DNA of 64,000 bases from an uncultured Flavipsychrobacter sp. (GTDB taxonomy: Bacteria > Bacteroidota > Bacteroidia > Chitinophagales > Chitinophagaceae), in assembly GCA_964601855.1 (NCBI GenBank), contig CAZRPA010000001.1, positions 23,275-87,274 on the forward strand. The letters are read 5' to 3'. Positions 34,875 to 45,328 of the stretch are shown in pieces. The notes beneath the pieces were generated by a model. That model saw only the letters and a program-made list of their open reading frames with translations, was not told the origin of the DNA and did no database searches. The number at the start of each line of letters is the position of its first letter. Within the stretch, counting starts at the first letter, position 1. Made by a program: the position numbers and the translations under genes.

Positions 34875-37800
34875 ATGTTGTGTAGATTGTTTCTATCCTT
34901 ATTTTTTTTAGGCTTGTTTTTTGCGAAAAGCAGTTTTTCGCAAAGTGCGCTGCGTTTACAGCACCTTAGTGTAAATGAAGGATTGTCGCAAAGCTCAGTG
35001 TATAGCATATTTCAAGATAGTTATGGTTTCATTTGGATGGCAACAGGCGATGGGCTAAACCGGTATGACGGCAGAGAGTTTATAGTATACAAAAGCTCTC
35101 TGAAGACTAATCAAAATGGAAGTTTGAAAGATAGGAACATCAACTCTATGTTGTTTGAAGACTGCTACAATAACTTGTGGTTTTCTGCCGATCAGGGTGT
35201 GTATTGTATGAACCGCAAAACACGAAGTTTCACCCTTAGGCTAAATAAGTATGACGCACGATATGCCTCAATAATAGCAGGCTCTGATACTGAAAACATG
35301 TGGGTAATGGTACATGGCAGTGGCATGCATGCAATAAGTATTAAAGATACTACTAGAGTATTATACTCTTTCAGTAAAGAAAATAGCATTAGGGGAACTG
35401 ATGTGGCTATTGTGAAAAATGCAGTTTTTGGTAGCGGGGGTATTTGGTTTGCAACTACTGATGGTTTACTTTTTTTTAGTAAAAGTAGTTTTAAAGAGAA
35501 AAAAGTGTTGCAAAGGGTAGGTATCAACAAGGTGCAAATGCTGAGTAATGGTCAATTACTGTTATCGTTAACAGATACTGTGATGTTGTATAACCCTACT
35601 ACTAATCAGTACCTGTACTATCTGGCGAATGTAACTGATAAAAAGGGAGTTATTTGGAATTCTATAGTAGAGGATACTATTGGTGGGTTTGTATATTGCT
35701 CAGAGATGAATGGTGGTAGAATACTGAAACTGAACATTAAAACCATGGCCTATGAGGTGTTGTTTTTTCAAGACAATACTATCAATAATTTGTACATAGA
35801 CCGGTCGAGGAATATGTGGGTAGGCACAGAAGGTGCCGGTGCGTTTAAACTAGATCTAAAGTTGCCTAAGTTTAGTAGTTATGCACCTGTAGCTGGTAAA
35901 GATGCAGGGTATATGGTGAAGTCGGTATATAAAGACAATACTGGCGATATATGGATGGGGGTGTTTGGTAAAGGGCTAATACGTTATAATGCCACCACTC
36001 GACAAGAACAAACAGTGGAGTTGCCGGTAAATAAAGATGGGGTGCAGTTTTCTAATATATTAAGAGATTCATGCGGTAGTATAGTAGTAGCAGCTAACAA
36101 TAGATTGTATTGGTTGGATGCGCAAAACAATAAGGTTATTTCGGCTCTGGAGGTGAATTCTTATCAATACGCTACCGATAAAAAACCTGTAATAAATGTG
36201 GTGACAGAGTGGCGCAAGAATCAGTATTTACTGGGCACCAACATGGGTATTTACATGGTAAACAAAACTGCGGCAACGGCAAGGTATTATGTACAGATAC
36301 CTATGTTTTATGATAGTACAGTGAATGGGTGGATTTATAATTTTCATAAAGTACCTGATGGTAGCATATACATTGGTAAGCGAAATGGATTTGCTAAAAT
36401 TACTTTCGGTAACGACACAGTACATAAAGTTTTAGAGCATGGTTTAAGTAATCTGCCAATTCGCCATTTTTATAAAAGTAGCACAACATCCATATTGTGG
36501 TTGGCAACAGAGCAAGGGCTGGTGGCCTATGAGGAAGGAAAGGGCGAGTACAAAGTATTTGATGAAGAGTCGGGTATTGCCAACAGTTATATTTATGCTA
36601 TACTACCCCAAAATGATAGTGTGCTATGGCTAAGTACTAATAAAGGCATAGTGAAAACGGATGTTACTTATGGTGGTTTGCAGAATATGACAGTGAGGTT
36701 CACCAATTATACTTCTGAAGATGGGTTACAGTCAAACGAATTTAACACTGGAGCTTATTACAAACACCAAGATGGGACTATGATTTTTGGAGGTATTTCT
36801 GGTATCAATTGGTTTAGACCTAATGAAATCACCACCAATCCTTACAAAGCAATACCATCCATAACGGGTATATATATCAATGACACCCTGATGACATGCG
36901 ACTCTGCAATGTATGTAGACAAGCTGGTGTTGCCCTACAACAGAAATACGGTGAGTTTTACGATGAGAGCCTTAGAGTATACTACGCCACAGAATAACAA
37001 GTTTGCATACATGCTGCAGGGGTTAGATAAAGACTGGGTGTACACTACTAATGACAAAGTAAGATACTCTAATCTGGAACCGGGAGTGTATATTTTTTTG
37101 CTAAAGGTGAGTAATAATGAAGGCAAATGGAACGATGTGCCATTACAAATAGCGCTCATTGTGGAGCCTCCCTTTTGGCGCACTTGGTGGTTTCGGTTGG
37201 CGTTAATTGCCATTGGAGTGTCGCTAGTAGTATTGATTGTGCACTACTACACCTACCTAAAAGTGAAGGCTAAAACGATGGAGCTGGAAAGACAGCACGC
37301 ACTCAATACTGAGCGTATGCGCATATCAAAAGATGTGCATGATGACATAGGATCAGGTTTGTCTAAAATTGCTTTGTTGTCGGCACTTGCCAACAGAAAA
37401 CTAAAAAAAAATGAGCTGCCATCGAAAGATATTGATAATATATCGGCCATCTCAAAGCAGCTAGTAGATAATATGCACGATTTGGTGTGGGTGCTCAATC
37501 CTGAAAACACTACGCTGGATAATCTGGTGTCGAGAATCAGGGAGTATTGTGCCGACTATCTGGATGTGTCTGATGTTACGTGCACACTTAGTTTTCCAGA
37601 CAATGTGCCACCTGTTTCCATTCATGGCGAGGTGCAACGCAATGTTTTTTCTACTGTAAAAGAAGCATTGAATAACTGCATGAAACATTCTAAGGCTACC
37701 CATGTTGCAGTTACACTTACTATGCAGCGTGAAATGCTGGAGATAACAATAGTGGACAACGGAATAGGTTTTTCTGGTAATGAGTCTACTGGTAACGGAC

Positions 37801-37943
37801 TGAGGAATATGAAAAACAGAATAGAACAAATACACGGCAGCTTTCATGTATCTTCGGCTGTGAACGCAGGAAGCACTATAATTATATCAATACCTTTTAG
37901 TCAACTGAGCACTGAAGAAATAGCAATAGGTGCTCAGCGGTAG
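34875..37943 (+). CDS. sensor histidine kinase with periplasmic two-component-regulator propeller/Y_Y_Y domain (HisKA_3 + HATPase)
   Basis: 1022 aa. Signal peptide, repeated propeller units (IWMATGDGLNRYDG, MWVGTEGAG, LWLATEQGL, LWLSTNKGI) and Y_Y_Y region (FAYMLQGLDKDW). TM segment WWFRLALIAIGVSLVVLIV. H-box ISKDVHDDIGSGL. N/G boxes NCMKHS and DNGIGF. Confidence 0.9.
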   Translation: MLCRLFLSLFFLGLFFAKSSFSQSALRLQHLSVNEGLSQSSVYSIFQDSYGFIWMATGDGLNRYDGREFIVYKSSLKTNQNGSLKDRNINSMLFEDCYNNLWFSADQGVYCMNRKTRSFTLRLNKYDARYASIIAGSDTENMWVMVHGSGMHAISIKDTTRVLYSFSKENSIRGTDVAIVKNAVFGSGGIWFATTDGLLFFSKSSFKEKKVLQRVGINKVQMLSNGQLLLSLTDTVMLYNPTTNQYLYYLANVTDKKGVIWNSIVEDTIGGFVYCSEMNGGRILKLNIKTMAYEVLFFQDNTINNLYIDRSRNMWVGTEGAGAFKLDLKLPKFSSYAPVAGKDAGYMVKSVYKDNTGDIWMGVFGKGLIRYNATTRQEQTVELPVNKDGVQFSNILRDSCGSIVVAANNRLYWLDAQNNKVISALEVNSYQYATDKKPVINVVTEWRKNQYLLGTNMGIYMVNKTAATARYYVQIPMFYDSTVNGWIYNFHKVPDGSIYIGKRNGFAKITFGNDTVHKVLEHGLSNLPIRHFYKSSTTSILWLATEQGLVAYEEGKGEYKVFDEESGIANSYIYAILPQNDSVLWLSTNKGIVKTDVTYGGLQNMTVRFTNYTSEDGLQSNEFNTGAYYKHQDGTMIFGGISGINWFRPNEITTNPYKAIPSITGIYINDTLMTCDSAMYVDKLVLPYNRNTVSFTMRALEYTTPQNNKFAYMLQGLDKDWVYTTNDKVRYSNLEPGVYIFLLKVSNNEGKWNDVPLQIALIVEPPFWRTWWFRLALIAIGVSLVVLIVHYYTYLKVKAKTMELERQHALNTERMRISKDVHDDIGSGLSKIALLSALANRKLKKNELPSKDIDNISAISKQLVDNMHDLVWVLNPENTTLDNLVSRIREYCADYLDVSDVTCTLSFPDNVPPVSIHGEVQRNVFSTVKEALNNCMKHSKATHVAVTLTMQREMLEITIVDNGIGFSGNESTGNGLRNMKNRIEQIHGSFHVSSAVNAGSTIIISIPFSQLSTEEIAIGAQR

Positions 37944-38056
37944 TAATCAGTATTGGTAGCTAAGTATTCCATTCTAATTTACGTTGAAATACTACTTAAG
38001 TGTAATTGCTTTTAGTATGTCATAGGTGTAATTTTACTATCAATATAGAATAACAA

Positions 38057-38698
38057 ATGAAGATAACCAGAGTAGCAATTGTAGAAGATCAGTTGCAGAC
38101 TCGCAATATGCTGGCTGCACTGATAGAAGGTAGTACTCATTTTGAGTGTGTGGCTGCTTATGGGCACAGTGCAGATGCCATAGCGCAGATACCGCTTTTG
38201 GATGTAGATGTGGTGCTAATGGACATACATATGCCTGGCGAGCTAAGTGGCATAGACTGTGTGCAAGCCATAAAAAAGATATGTCCAGATCTGCCGTTTG
38301 TGATGTGTACCTCGCTAGAGGATACTGATAATATCTTCAAAGCACTACAGGCGGGTGCTGTAGGATACATAACGAAGTCTACACCTGCCGATAAAATACT
38401 GGAAGCAATAACCGATGCCAGCAACGGTGGCGCACCTATGAATAGCCAAATAGCGCGCAAAGTGATAAACCACTTTTTTGCAGTGCAAAATGTGTCTGTG
38501 AACAATGAGCTGGATAAGCTATCTGTAAGAGAGCAGGAAATACTGAATTATTTATCAAAAGGATACAGGTATAAGGAAATAGCCGCAAAGCTGTTTGTAA
38601 GCATAGAAACTGTGCGCAAACACATTCATAATATTTACGAAAAGCTGCAAGTGAGCTCCAGAACCGATGCTATTAACAAAGTGTACCCAACAAAGTAA
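38057..38698 (+). CDS. LuxR/NarL-family response regulator
   Basis: REC domain (VAIVEDQ, VVLMDIHMPG, MCTS) plus a C-terminal LuxR HTH (LSVREQEILNYLSKGYRYKEIAAKLFVSIETVRKHIHNIYEKL). Confidence 0.9.
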   Translation: MKITRVAIVEDQLQTRNMLAALIEGSTHFECVAAYGHSADAIAQIPLLDVDVVLMDIHMPGELSGIDCVQAIKKICPDLPFVMCTSLEDTDNIFKALQAGAVGYITKSTPADKILEAITDASNGGAPMNSQIARKVINHFFAVQNVSVNNELDKLSVREQEILNYLSKGYRYKEIAAKLFVSIETVRKHIHNIYEKLQVSSRTDAINKVYPTK

Positions 38699-38734
38699 TT
38701 GGTGTTCAAAACCGAAGCCAATAAATAGTGCTGT

Positions 38735-39928
38735 CTAAAACAAGCTTACTATCCAGTAGCACAAAGCAGCTAGTGCACCGCTTACGGGTATGGTAAGTAC
38801 CCAAGCCCAAAGCAGATTGATAGTAACCCCCCAGCGCACAGCGGAAAGACGTTTGGTAGCACCTACACCTATTATTGAGCCAGTGATGGTGTGGGTGGTA
38901 CTTACTGGTATTTTCAGGTTTTCTGTAAGGAATAAGGTTACGGCACCAGCAGTTTCGGCAGCTACACCTTCAAAAGGAGTAACTTTTGTGATGCGAGTTC
39001 CCATTGTTTTAATAATTTTCCATCCACCACTCATCGTACCCACAGATATAGCTGTGTAACATGCTAATGGTACCCAATAAGGCATTGGATCACCAGCAGA
39101 AATTCTATGGTCGCATATTAGCGCTGCCATGATGATACCCATTACTTTCTGAGCATCATTACCACCATGGCCTATGCTGAATATAGCAGATGATACCAAC
39201 TGAAACCGCTTGAGGTATAGAGTAGCACGGGCAGTATTGAGCGAGCCTAGTACCATAGTGAAGGTACTCATGGCTAGTAATATCACCCCCATAAGCAGCC
39301 ACTTGAGGTTTTTGCTTTCCAGCAATACATTGGCTATGTACGATTCGTGGTAGTTTTTAAGTTTAGCAGGGTCTAGCTCTATATACTGCATCAGACAAAA
39401 GCCAACAACCAGCATCACAATAAGCGAAACAATCTTGGGTAACCAGCCTTTGCGGAAAGAGTATATAAACCATAGAGAGATAATAAATGCCATTATCATA
39501 CCGATAAGTGGTGCCAGAACTATAAAACTAACTGTTTTGAGGATGGGCTCAGAATTTATAGCCCCAAAACCATTGTGCGCAATGGCTGCGCCAGCGAATC
39601 CACCAATTAATGTATGAGATGAACTAGAGGGAATACCAAACCACCATGTAAGCAAATTCCAAGCGATAGCAGCTATTAATCCTGAAAATATAACGACCAA
39701 TGTAACTGAGTCAGAGTGTACAGTTTTTGCTACTGTATCGGCAACGCCGTGATCTTTGAATATAAAAAATGCTACAAAGTTGAAAAATGCAGCCCATACC
39801 ACAGCCTGAAATGGGCTAAGCACCTTGGTGGAAACTACGGTAGCTATAGAATTCGCTGCATCATGAAAACCATTGATATAGTCGAAAAGTAAGGCAAGAA
39901 ATAAAACTACAATTAGCATTAAAGACAT
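38735..39928 (-). CDS. inorganic phosphate transporter, PiT family
   Basis: GFHDAANSIATVV and GHGGNDAQK, the duplicated PiT signature. 397 aa and polytopic. Confidence 0.9.
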   Translation of the reverse strand: MSLMLIVVLFLALLFDYINGFHDAANSIATVVSTKVLSPFQAVVWAAFFNFVAFFIFKDHGVADTVAKTVHSDSVTLVVIFSGLIAAIAWNLLTWWFGIPSSSSHTLIGGFAGAAIAHNGFGAINSEPILKTVSFIVLAPLIGMIMAFIISLWFIYSFRKGWLPKIVSLIVMLVVGFCLMQYIELDPAKLKNYHESYIANVLLESKNLKWLLMGVILLAMSTFTMVLGSLNTARATLYLKRFQLVSSAIFSIGHGGNDAQKVMGIIMAALICDHRISAGDPMPYWVPLACYTAISVGTMSGGWKIIKTMGTRITKVTPFEGVAAETAGAVTLFLTENLKIPVSTTHTITGSIIGVGATKRLSAVRWGVTINLLWAWVLTIPVSGALAALCYWIVSLF

Positions 39929-39941
39929 AAAAAGCTATTGG

Positions 39942-40589
39942 TTAAGCGTACTTAATGATGATAGACTCAACAACATTTGCTGCATCTTCGCACTTGTCTG
40001 TAACGACTTCCAGCATTTGAAATATGTCTTTCTGCTTAATAAGCTCTACCGCACTTATATTTGATGAAAATAGGTTGAGCATTGCACTATCCAGTAAATT
40101 GTCGGCATCATTTTCCAGACTATTTACTATCACACAAGATGCGGTGATGTCTCGTAGGTTTTTCATGCCTCTGAGACCATATATGCTGGTGTTGATTGCC
40201 TTGATAGACTTACAAATAATCTCCGCAAATTCCTGAATGGTATTGTTTTTGTCGTCTATCTGGTAGTTGACAATTCTTTTGGCTGCTCCCCAAATATAGT
40301 CAGCTATATCATCGAGCGAAGTGGCTAAGTAGTGAATATCTTCACGATCGAGCGGGGTAATGAAGTTGCTACCCAATTCTATAAATATCTGATGGGTAGT
40401 TTCGTCATTTTTATGCTCCATTTCCTCGAGCTTCCTCAGCATTTCATCTCTTTTATTCAAGTCTTTTTCATTCATTGCAGTCTTGAATATTTCACCCATT
40501 TGTACGAGGGTAGTAGCTACCTCTTCAAACAATGTATAAAATACTCGATCTTTAGGCAAAAAAAACTTCAATATAGAATCGAATGACAT
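39942..40589 (-). CDS. DUF47 (PhoU-like) phosphate-transport regulator
   Basis: 215 aa, helical. E.E.D and LATSLDDIAD patterns. It sits upstream of and 13 nt from the PiT gene, the canonical DUF47-PiT pair. Confidence 0.8.
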   Translation of the reverse strand: MSFDSILKFFLPKDRVFYTLFEEVATTLVQMGEIFKTAMNEKDLNKRDEMLRKLEEMEHKNDETTHQIFIELGSNFITPLDREDIHYLATSLDDIADYIWGAAKRIVNYQIDDKNNTIQEFAEIICKSIKAINTSIYGLRGMKNLRDITASCVIVNSLENDADNLLDSAMLNLFSSNISAVELIKQKDIFQMLEVVTDKCEDAANVVESIIIKYA

Positions 40590-40612
40590 GTATGGCGTTT
40601 TTTAAATCAGTG

Positions 40613-40620
40613 CAAAGCTA
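40613..40620 (-). promoter_or_regulatory. Bacteroidota -7 promoter box of the DUF47-PiT operon
   Basis: The minus strand reads TAGCTTTG, a perfect TAnnTTTG, ending 23 nt upstream of ATG 40589. Confidence 0.45.
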
Positions 40621-40622
40621 TC

Positions 40623-40673
40623 TGCTTAATATGGACATTAATAATAGACCCGAGATACTTAATAATTACTTAA
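40623..40673 (-). promoter_or_regulatory. array of four TTAAnnn heptamers (Pho-box-like) upstream of DUF47-PiT
   Basis: The minus strand reads TTAAGTA-atta-TTAAGTA (40673-40656), then 14 nt, then TTAATGT-ccata-TTAAGCA (40641-40623), immediately upstream of the -7 box. Confidence 0.3.
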
Positions 40674-40800
40674 CATTGACTCAAAAGCCATTAGAATGAA
40701 TTATCAAGTAGTTGGTTTTCTTTGCTTTGTGAATTATATAATTAATTAATGTGGTTATTGACTGTACATTTGACACCCAAAATTATAAAAATCATCGGCA

Positions 40801-41205
40801 ATGTTATCATTCAAGAGATTGAAATTGATAGATATTTCTGTCCAACTTGGAGCATTATTGCTGCCATTGTGCTATATTTTGTTAAACAGACATACATCTT
40901 GTGGCCTGGCAATGCGTCACATAATGATCATTTACTTTTGTTTAGGTGTCGTTCAGGTTTTTAGCACATTGATACATAGGTTGAAGTATGGCAATAAAAG
41001 CCGCATTGGTGGCAGACGGTGGTATGAAGTTATCATCTTGCTTTTGGTAGGTATTGGTTTGTTTTCTGCGTTTATTGATTTTTATTTTTTCATGTTTTAC
41101 CTATTGTTATATACCGCTCCGTTTTTGGGTGTATGGTATATGGGCATTACCTTGTGCGAGTATGTTCTTGCTCACCGTTTAGTAGCTACGCACTATAGCA
41201 ACTAA
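40801..41205 (+). CDS. hypothetical membrane protein
   Basis: 134 aa with four hydrophobic segments. No family recognised. Confidence 0.45.
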   Translation: MLSFKRLKLIDISVQLGALLLPLCYILLNRHTSCGLAMRHIMIIYFCLGVVQVFSTLIHRLKYGNKSRIGGRRWYEVIILLLVGIGLFSAFIDFYFFMFYLLLYTAPFLGVWYMGITLCEYVLAHRLVATHYSN

Positions 41206-41220
41206 GTGATATTATAATTC

Positions 41221-41754
41221 ATGAAACAGATAGTTTTTAAGAAAAGCAACAAACTTATATTCCTGATAGGTATGCCTGGGGTGGGCAAAAGTTATTGGGG
41301 TGGCAATTTGGCACATCACATCAAAGTGCCTTTTGCTGACCTAGATGCAGTAATAAAAACAGAACAGCGCAAAACGATAGGGGAGATTTTTAAAGAATTA
41401 GGAGAGGAAGGATTCAGGAAAATAGAACATGCTACACTGCTGAGTACAATAGACTCTATGCCCAATGGCGGTATCATATCATGTGGTGGGGGTACTCCTT
41501 GTTTCTTTAACAATATGCAGATAATGAAAGCTGCCGGGGTAGTGATATACATTGCAGCCGATGCGCAGTACCTGAGCCGAAATCTAGAGCGTAGCACTGA
41601 CTACCGTCCGTTGTTGTACAAAGACAATGCACTGCAACAACAATTGGGAGATTTGCTCTCAGTTAGAGAGTCGTTCTACCAACAAGCACATCATATTTTA
41701 CTCGCTAAAGACATTTCGCTTGCTACCTTTGATGAAATTCTAAGTCATGAATAA
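41221..41754 (+). CDS. aroK: shikimate kinase
   Basis: P-loop FLIGMPGVGKS, DLD, GEEGFR and SCGGG motifs. 177 aa. Confidence 0.88.
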   Translation: MKQIVFKKSNKLIFLIGMPGVGKSYWGGNLAHHIKVPFADLDAVIKTEQRKTIGEIFKELGEEGFRKIEHATLLSTIDSMPNGGIISCGGGTPCFFNNMQIMKAAGVVIYIAADAQYLSRNLERSTDYRPLLYKDNALQQQLGDLLSVRESFYQQAHHILLAKDISLATFDEILSHE

Positions 41755-42145
41755 GCAAGCTATTGTTTTCGGGGCATCTTTTGCTGCAATTGCAGTTATG
41801 TTAGGGGCATTTGGGGCTCATGCGCTCAAAGCAGTAATGGCTCCTGATAAATTGCTGGTTTTCGAAACAGGAGTGCGGTATCATTTTTATCACAGTTTTG
41901 CACTGCTGTTTGTGGGTGTTTTGTATCATAGTTTTCCTACCAAACAATTAAGGCTGGCAACTAGCTTTTTTGTTACTGGTATACTTTTGTTTAGTGGGTC
42001 GCTTTATGCTATTTCTTTGCTCAGTATCAATGGGGGGACTATTGGACCGTTGGGTATACTCACACCTATAGGTGGTGTTTTCTTTATACTGGGTTGGGCT
42101 ATGATAGTGGCAGGTATAGCTACTCATAAGCCAACGAAGGGTTAA
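41747..42145 (+). CDS. DUF423 membrane protein
   Basis: 132 aa. GAFGAHAL and YHFYH motifs. Its start overlaps the aroK stop by 8 nt. Confidence 0.8.
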   Translation: MNKQAIVFGASFAAIAVMLGAFGAHALKAVMAPDKLLVFETGVRYHFYHSFALLFVGVLYHSFPTKQLRLATSFFVTGILLFSGSLYAISLLSINGGTIGPLGILTPIGGVFFILGWAMIVAGIATHKPTKG

Positions 42146-42217
42146 ATCTTGTTTTTATCACTTTTGCGAATGTAGCTATATAGCTGCTTCATAATTTTTG
42201 TCGTTATTTGCACCACT

Positions 42218-43342
42218 ATGGAGCAAGGCAACTTCCTGTATTATGTATTTTCCGTTGTCCGTTTGCTGCTCTATCCATTTGCTCTGATTTATGGAGCACT
42301 GGTATGGTGGCGAAACCGGATGTATGACGTAGGCTTTTTTTCGTCTATACGGTTTAGTGTGCCTGTTATTTCCATTGGCAATTTGTCTACTGGTGGTACG
42401 GGCAAAACACCCCATGTAGAGTATCTCATTCGCTTACTGCAATATCAGTATCAGGTAGCCACGATGAGCAGGGGATACAAACGCCGTACTCAGGGATTCA
42501 TACTGGCAGATGAGCAAACAAATGCGCTGCGCATAGGTGACGAGCCGATGCAATATTTCCTAAAGTTTCCGGAACTGGCTGTAAGTGTAGCAGAAGAGCG
42601 TATAACAGGCATACCAGCACTGCTGCAACGACGCCCCGATGTAGATGTGATATTGCTAGACGATGCCTATCAACACCGGTCTGTGAAGGCAGGGCTAAAT
42701 GTGCTGATCACTGACTATTCCAAACCCTACTACAAAGACTACATACTCCCCTTTGGTAGCCTGCGCGAAAGCAGAAGTGCCAGTAAGCGGGCAGATGTGA
42801 TTATAGTTTCTAAGTGCCCCGACAACCTCACCGAAGCACAAGCAAAGGAGATGGTGGTGGCACTAGCGCCTATAAAAGGGCAGCATGTGTTTTTTACAGG
42901 CTTGCAATATGATGTGCCTTTCAACTTTGTAACTGGCGAACCAGTAGATATATCGGGTAAAAATGTATTGCTGGTGTGTGGTATAGCCCGCCCCGAACCA
43001 CTGGTGGGCTTTGTGAAACAGCATGCAGCAGATGTGCATACGCTTACCTACAAAGATCACCACTATTTTGTATCAGCAGATCTGGAGGAAATAAAGTCTA
43101 CCTTCGAAAAGTGGGATGTGGCAGAAAAAATAATACTTACCACCGAAAAAGATGCAGCTCGCCTGCGCTTGCACAACGATAAGTTGGCACAGTGGGGTAT
43201 TACCATAGCAGTATTGCCTGTAGCCGTAAAGGTATTTTTCGGTCAGGGACCTACTCTGCACCATATAGTGCTGCAGTATGTAGACAAAACCATAGCAGAA
43301 AATAATGAGTTTATGAATGGTGGTGAGTATGAGTACCCATAG
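42218..43342 (+). CDS. lpxK: tetraacyldisaccharide 4'-kinase
   Basis: N-terminal TM segment, P-loop SIGNLSTGGTGKTP, SRGYKR and LLDDAYQH. Confidence 0.88.
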   Translation: MEQGNFLYYVFSVVRLLLYPFALIYGALVWWRNRMYDVGFFSSIRFSVPVISIGNLSTGGTGKTPHVEYLIRLLQYQYQVATMSRGYKRRTQGFILADEQTNALRIGDEPMQYFLKFPELAVSVAEERITGIPALLQRRPDVDVILLDDAYQHRSVKAGLNVLITDYSKPYYKDYILPFGSLRESRSASKRADVIIVSKCPDNLTEAQAKEMVVALAPIKGQHVFFTGLQYDVPFNFVTGEPVDISGKNVLLVCGIARPEPLVGFVKQHAADVHTLTYKDHHYFVSADLEEIKSTFEKWDVAEKIILTTEKDAARLRLHNDKLAQWGITIAVLPVAVKVFFGQGPTLHHIVLQYVDKTIAENNEFMNGGEYEYP

Positions 43343-43375
43343 AGTGACATGTAAGCCACACAAACTAAAAGTGGG

Positions 43376-43951
43376 ATGAAAAAGAGCGTAAGAAGTGCAG
43401 TATTGATTTTTGGTTTAATAATAATAGCTATGATGTCGTTTTTGGGAGGGTTGTTTGGAAGTGATAAGAAAGTGCCAGCTAGTATCTATGACTACAAAGT
43501 AAAGGCGATAGACGGTGGCGAAATTGACTTTGCCCAGTACAAAGGCAAAAAGATACTCATTGTTAACACAGCATCATTATGCGGCTTGACTCCACAGTTT
43601 GACGAACTGGAACAACTGTATCGGGCGCACAAAGACAAGCTAGTGATAGTGGGTTTTCCGGCCAACAGTTTTATGTTTCAAGAGCCTGGTTCTGATGAGA
43701 AAATTGCTACTATGTGTCGCACTAAGTACGATGTCACTTTTCCTATGGCATCGAAAGTATCAGTGAAAGGAAAAGGTAAAGCACCCATATATGTTTGGCT
43801 TACTCACAAGGAGTACAACGGACTAGAAGATAACTCGGTAAAATGGAACTTCCAGAAATATCTGATAGATGAGACTGGTAAATTGGTAGCTATATTTTCG
43901 CCTAAGACTACTCCTATGGACCCTGAAATAATAGCTGCTATCAATAAGTAA
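43376..43951 (+). CDS. glutathione peroxidase family protein
   Basis: Signal/TM segment, then ILIVNTASLCGLTPQF (peroxidatic Cys), FPANSFMFQEPG and WNFQKYLI. Confidence 0.88.
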   Translation: MKKSVRSAVLIFGLIIIAMMSFLGGLFGSDKKVPASIYDYKVKAIDGGEIDFAQYKGKKILIVNTASLCGLTPQFDELEQLYRAHKDKLVIVGFPANSFMFQEPGSDEKIATMCRTKYDVTFPMASKVSVKGKGKAPIYVWLTHKEYNGLEDNSVKWNFQKYLIDETGKLVAIFSPKTTPMDPEIIAAINK

Positions 43952-43960
43952 GATAGCAGT

Positions 43961-45208
43961 TTATACAAAGTCCAATACTGTGATTTCGGGAAGCACACCC
44001 AGCCTGCCGGGATAACCAAGAAAACCAAATCCTCTGTTTACATAGAGTGATTGGTTGTTTTCTGTGTATATACCTGCCCACTCATTATACATGTATTGTA
44101 CAGGACTCCATTTAAACCACTTACTATCTACCCCAAACTGCATGCCGTGGGTATGACCGCTCAGTGTAAGCTGTATGTCTTTAAACTTGCTTACTACCTC
44201 TTCGCGCCAATGTGATGGGTCGTGTGAGAGCAGTATTTTGAAGGGTATATTTTTCTCCTCTAGTCCTTCGTATGCCTTATTCATATCGCCATACTTGGGG
44301 AAGTTAGCTTTGGCACTCCAGTTTTCTATACCTACCAGTGCAATTTTGTCATTGCCGCGTTCTAGCACTATGTGCTCGTTCATCAGTAGTCTCCAGCCTG
44401 CTTTGGCATGTATAGCTTTCAGTTTTTCCAGATTGTCTTTTTTTGCCTCATGGCTGGGCCACTGCACATAGTCGCCATAGTCATGATTGCCTAGTGTAGA
44501 GTAAACACCCATGGGAGCTTTAAGCCTGGAGAATATTTCCAGATATTTATCGTCTACCTCATCGGCAATGTTGTTTACTAGGTCTCCAGTAAACAATATA
44601 ATATCAGCTTTTTGGTGCATTACCCGGGCTATGCCCTCTGCTACGGCAGCATGGTTATCAAAGCTGCCTGTGTGTATATCTGATATTTGTACTATTCTTA
44701 GTCCTTTAAAGGCATCGGGTAGGGTGTTGAAGCTCAGTTTACTACGGCGCACACGATACTTGTAGCGGTTGGTAATGCCAGCAGTGAAGCCCACTACCGA
44801 CAAACCACCCAGCACGAGGGCTGCCTGCTTCATAAAGGTAGAGCGGTCTACAGTTACACCAGCATTGGCAGATGGTGAATTACGGTAGGCAAATGAGGTG
44901 ACGGTCCAGGTAAGTAATCTGCGTAGATCATCTAGGAGCATTACCAGCAGTATGAGTATCTTGCCCACAGCAAAGCCCAGCACAAAGGCAATATAAATAT
45001 TGCGAAGAAGATGAGGGAAATTTGCCCAGTTCATCATTCTGAAGAAAATAAGCCCAAACCAACTCAGTGCTGTCAGCGACACATAGAGTGTCATGATAGT
45101 AGTGCGCCAAGTGGGAGCTATATTACGAATCATAGACCTTACCAGCGTGAAGCTGTAATACTCTGCAAGGCCAATAACTGTGAGGATAATGAGGAAACGA
45201 AATTTCAT
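43961..45208 (-). CDS. membrane-anchored metallophosphoesterase
   Basis: N-terminal TM segments, then the motifs ISDIHTG, TGDLVN, GNHD, SHDPSHW and SGHTHG. Confidence 0.88.
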   Translation of the reverse strand: MKFRFLIILTVIGLAEYYSFTLVRSMIRNIAPTWRTTIMTLYVSLTALSWFGLIFFRMMNWANFPHLLRNIYIAFVLGFAVGKILILLVMLLDDLRRLLTWTVTSFAYRNSPSANAGVTVDRSTFMKQAALVLGGLSVVGFTAGITNRYKYRVRRSKLSFNTLPDAFKGLRIVQISDIHTGSFDNHAAVAEGIARVMHQKADIILFTGDLVNNIADEVDDKYLEIFSRLKAPMGVYSTLGNHDYGDYVQWPSHEAKKDNLEKLKAIHAKAGWRLLMNEHIVLERGNDKIALVGIENWSAKANFPKYGDMNKAYEGLEEKNIPFKILLSHDPSHWREEVVSKFKDIQLTLSGHTHGMQFGVDSKWFKWSPVQYMYNEWAGIYTENNQSLYVNRGFGFLGYPGRLGVLPEITVLDFV

Positions 45209-45328
45209 ATAGACATCAAATGTAGAATGCCGTAGGGTAATTATGCTCCCTCACGTGTAAAAATGAGCAATATTGGGATTTATTTAAGTAAATCGTCCTC
45301 AATACAATGCAGCTGTGATGTTATTTCA

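Noticed and set aside
37403-37411. An A9 homopolymer inside the sensor kinase coding region (KLKKN), which could be a slipped-strand phase-variation site.
   Set aside because: The reading frame is intact and the tract encodes Lys-rich linker sequence. A single 9-nt run is unremarkable without population data showing length variation.
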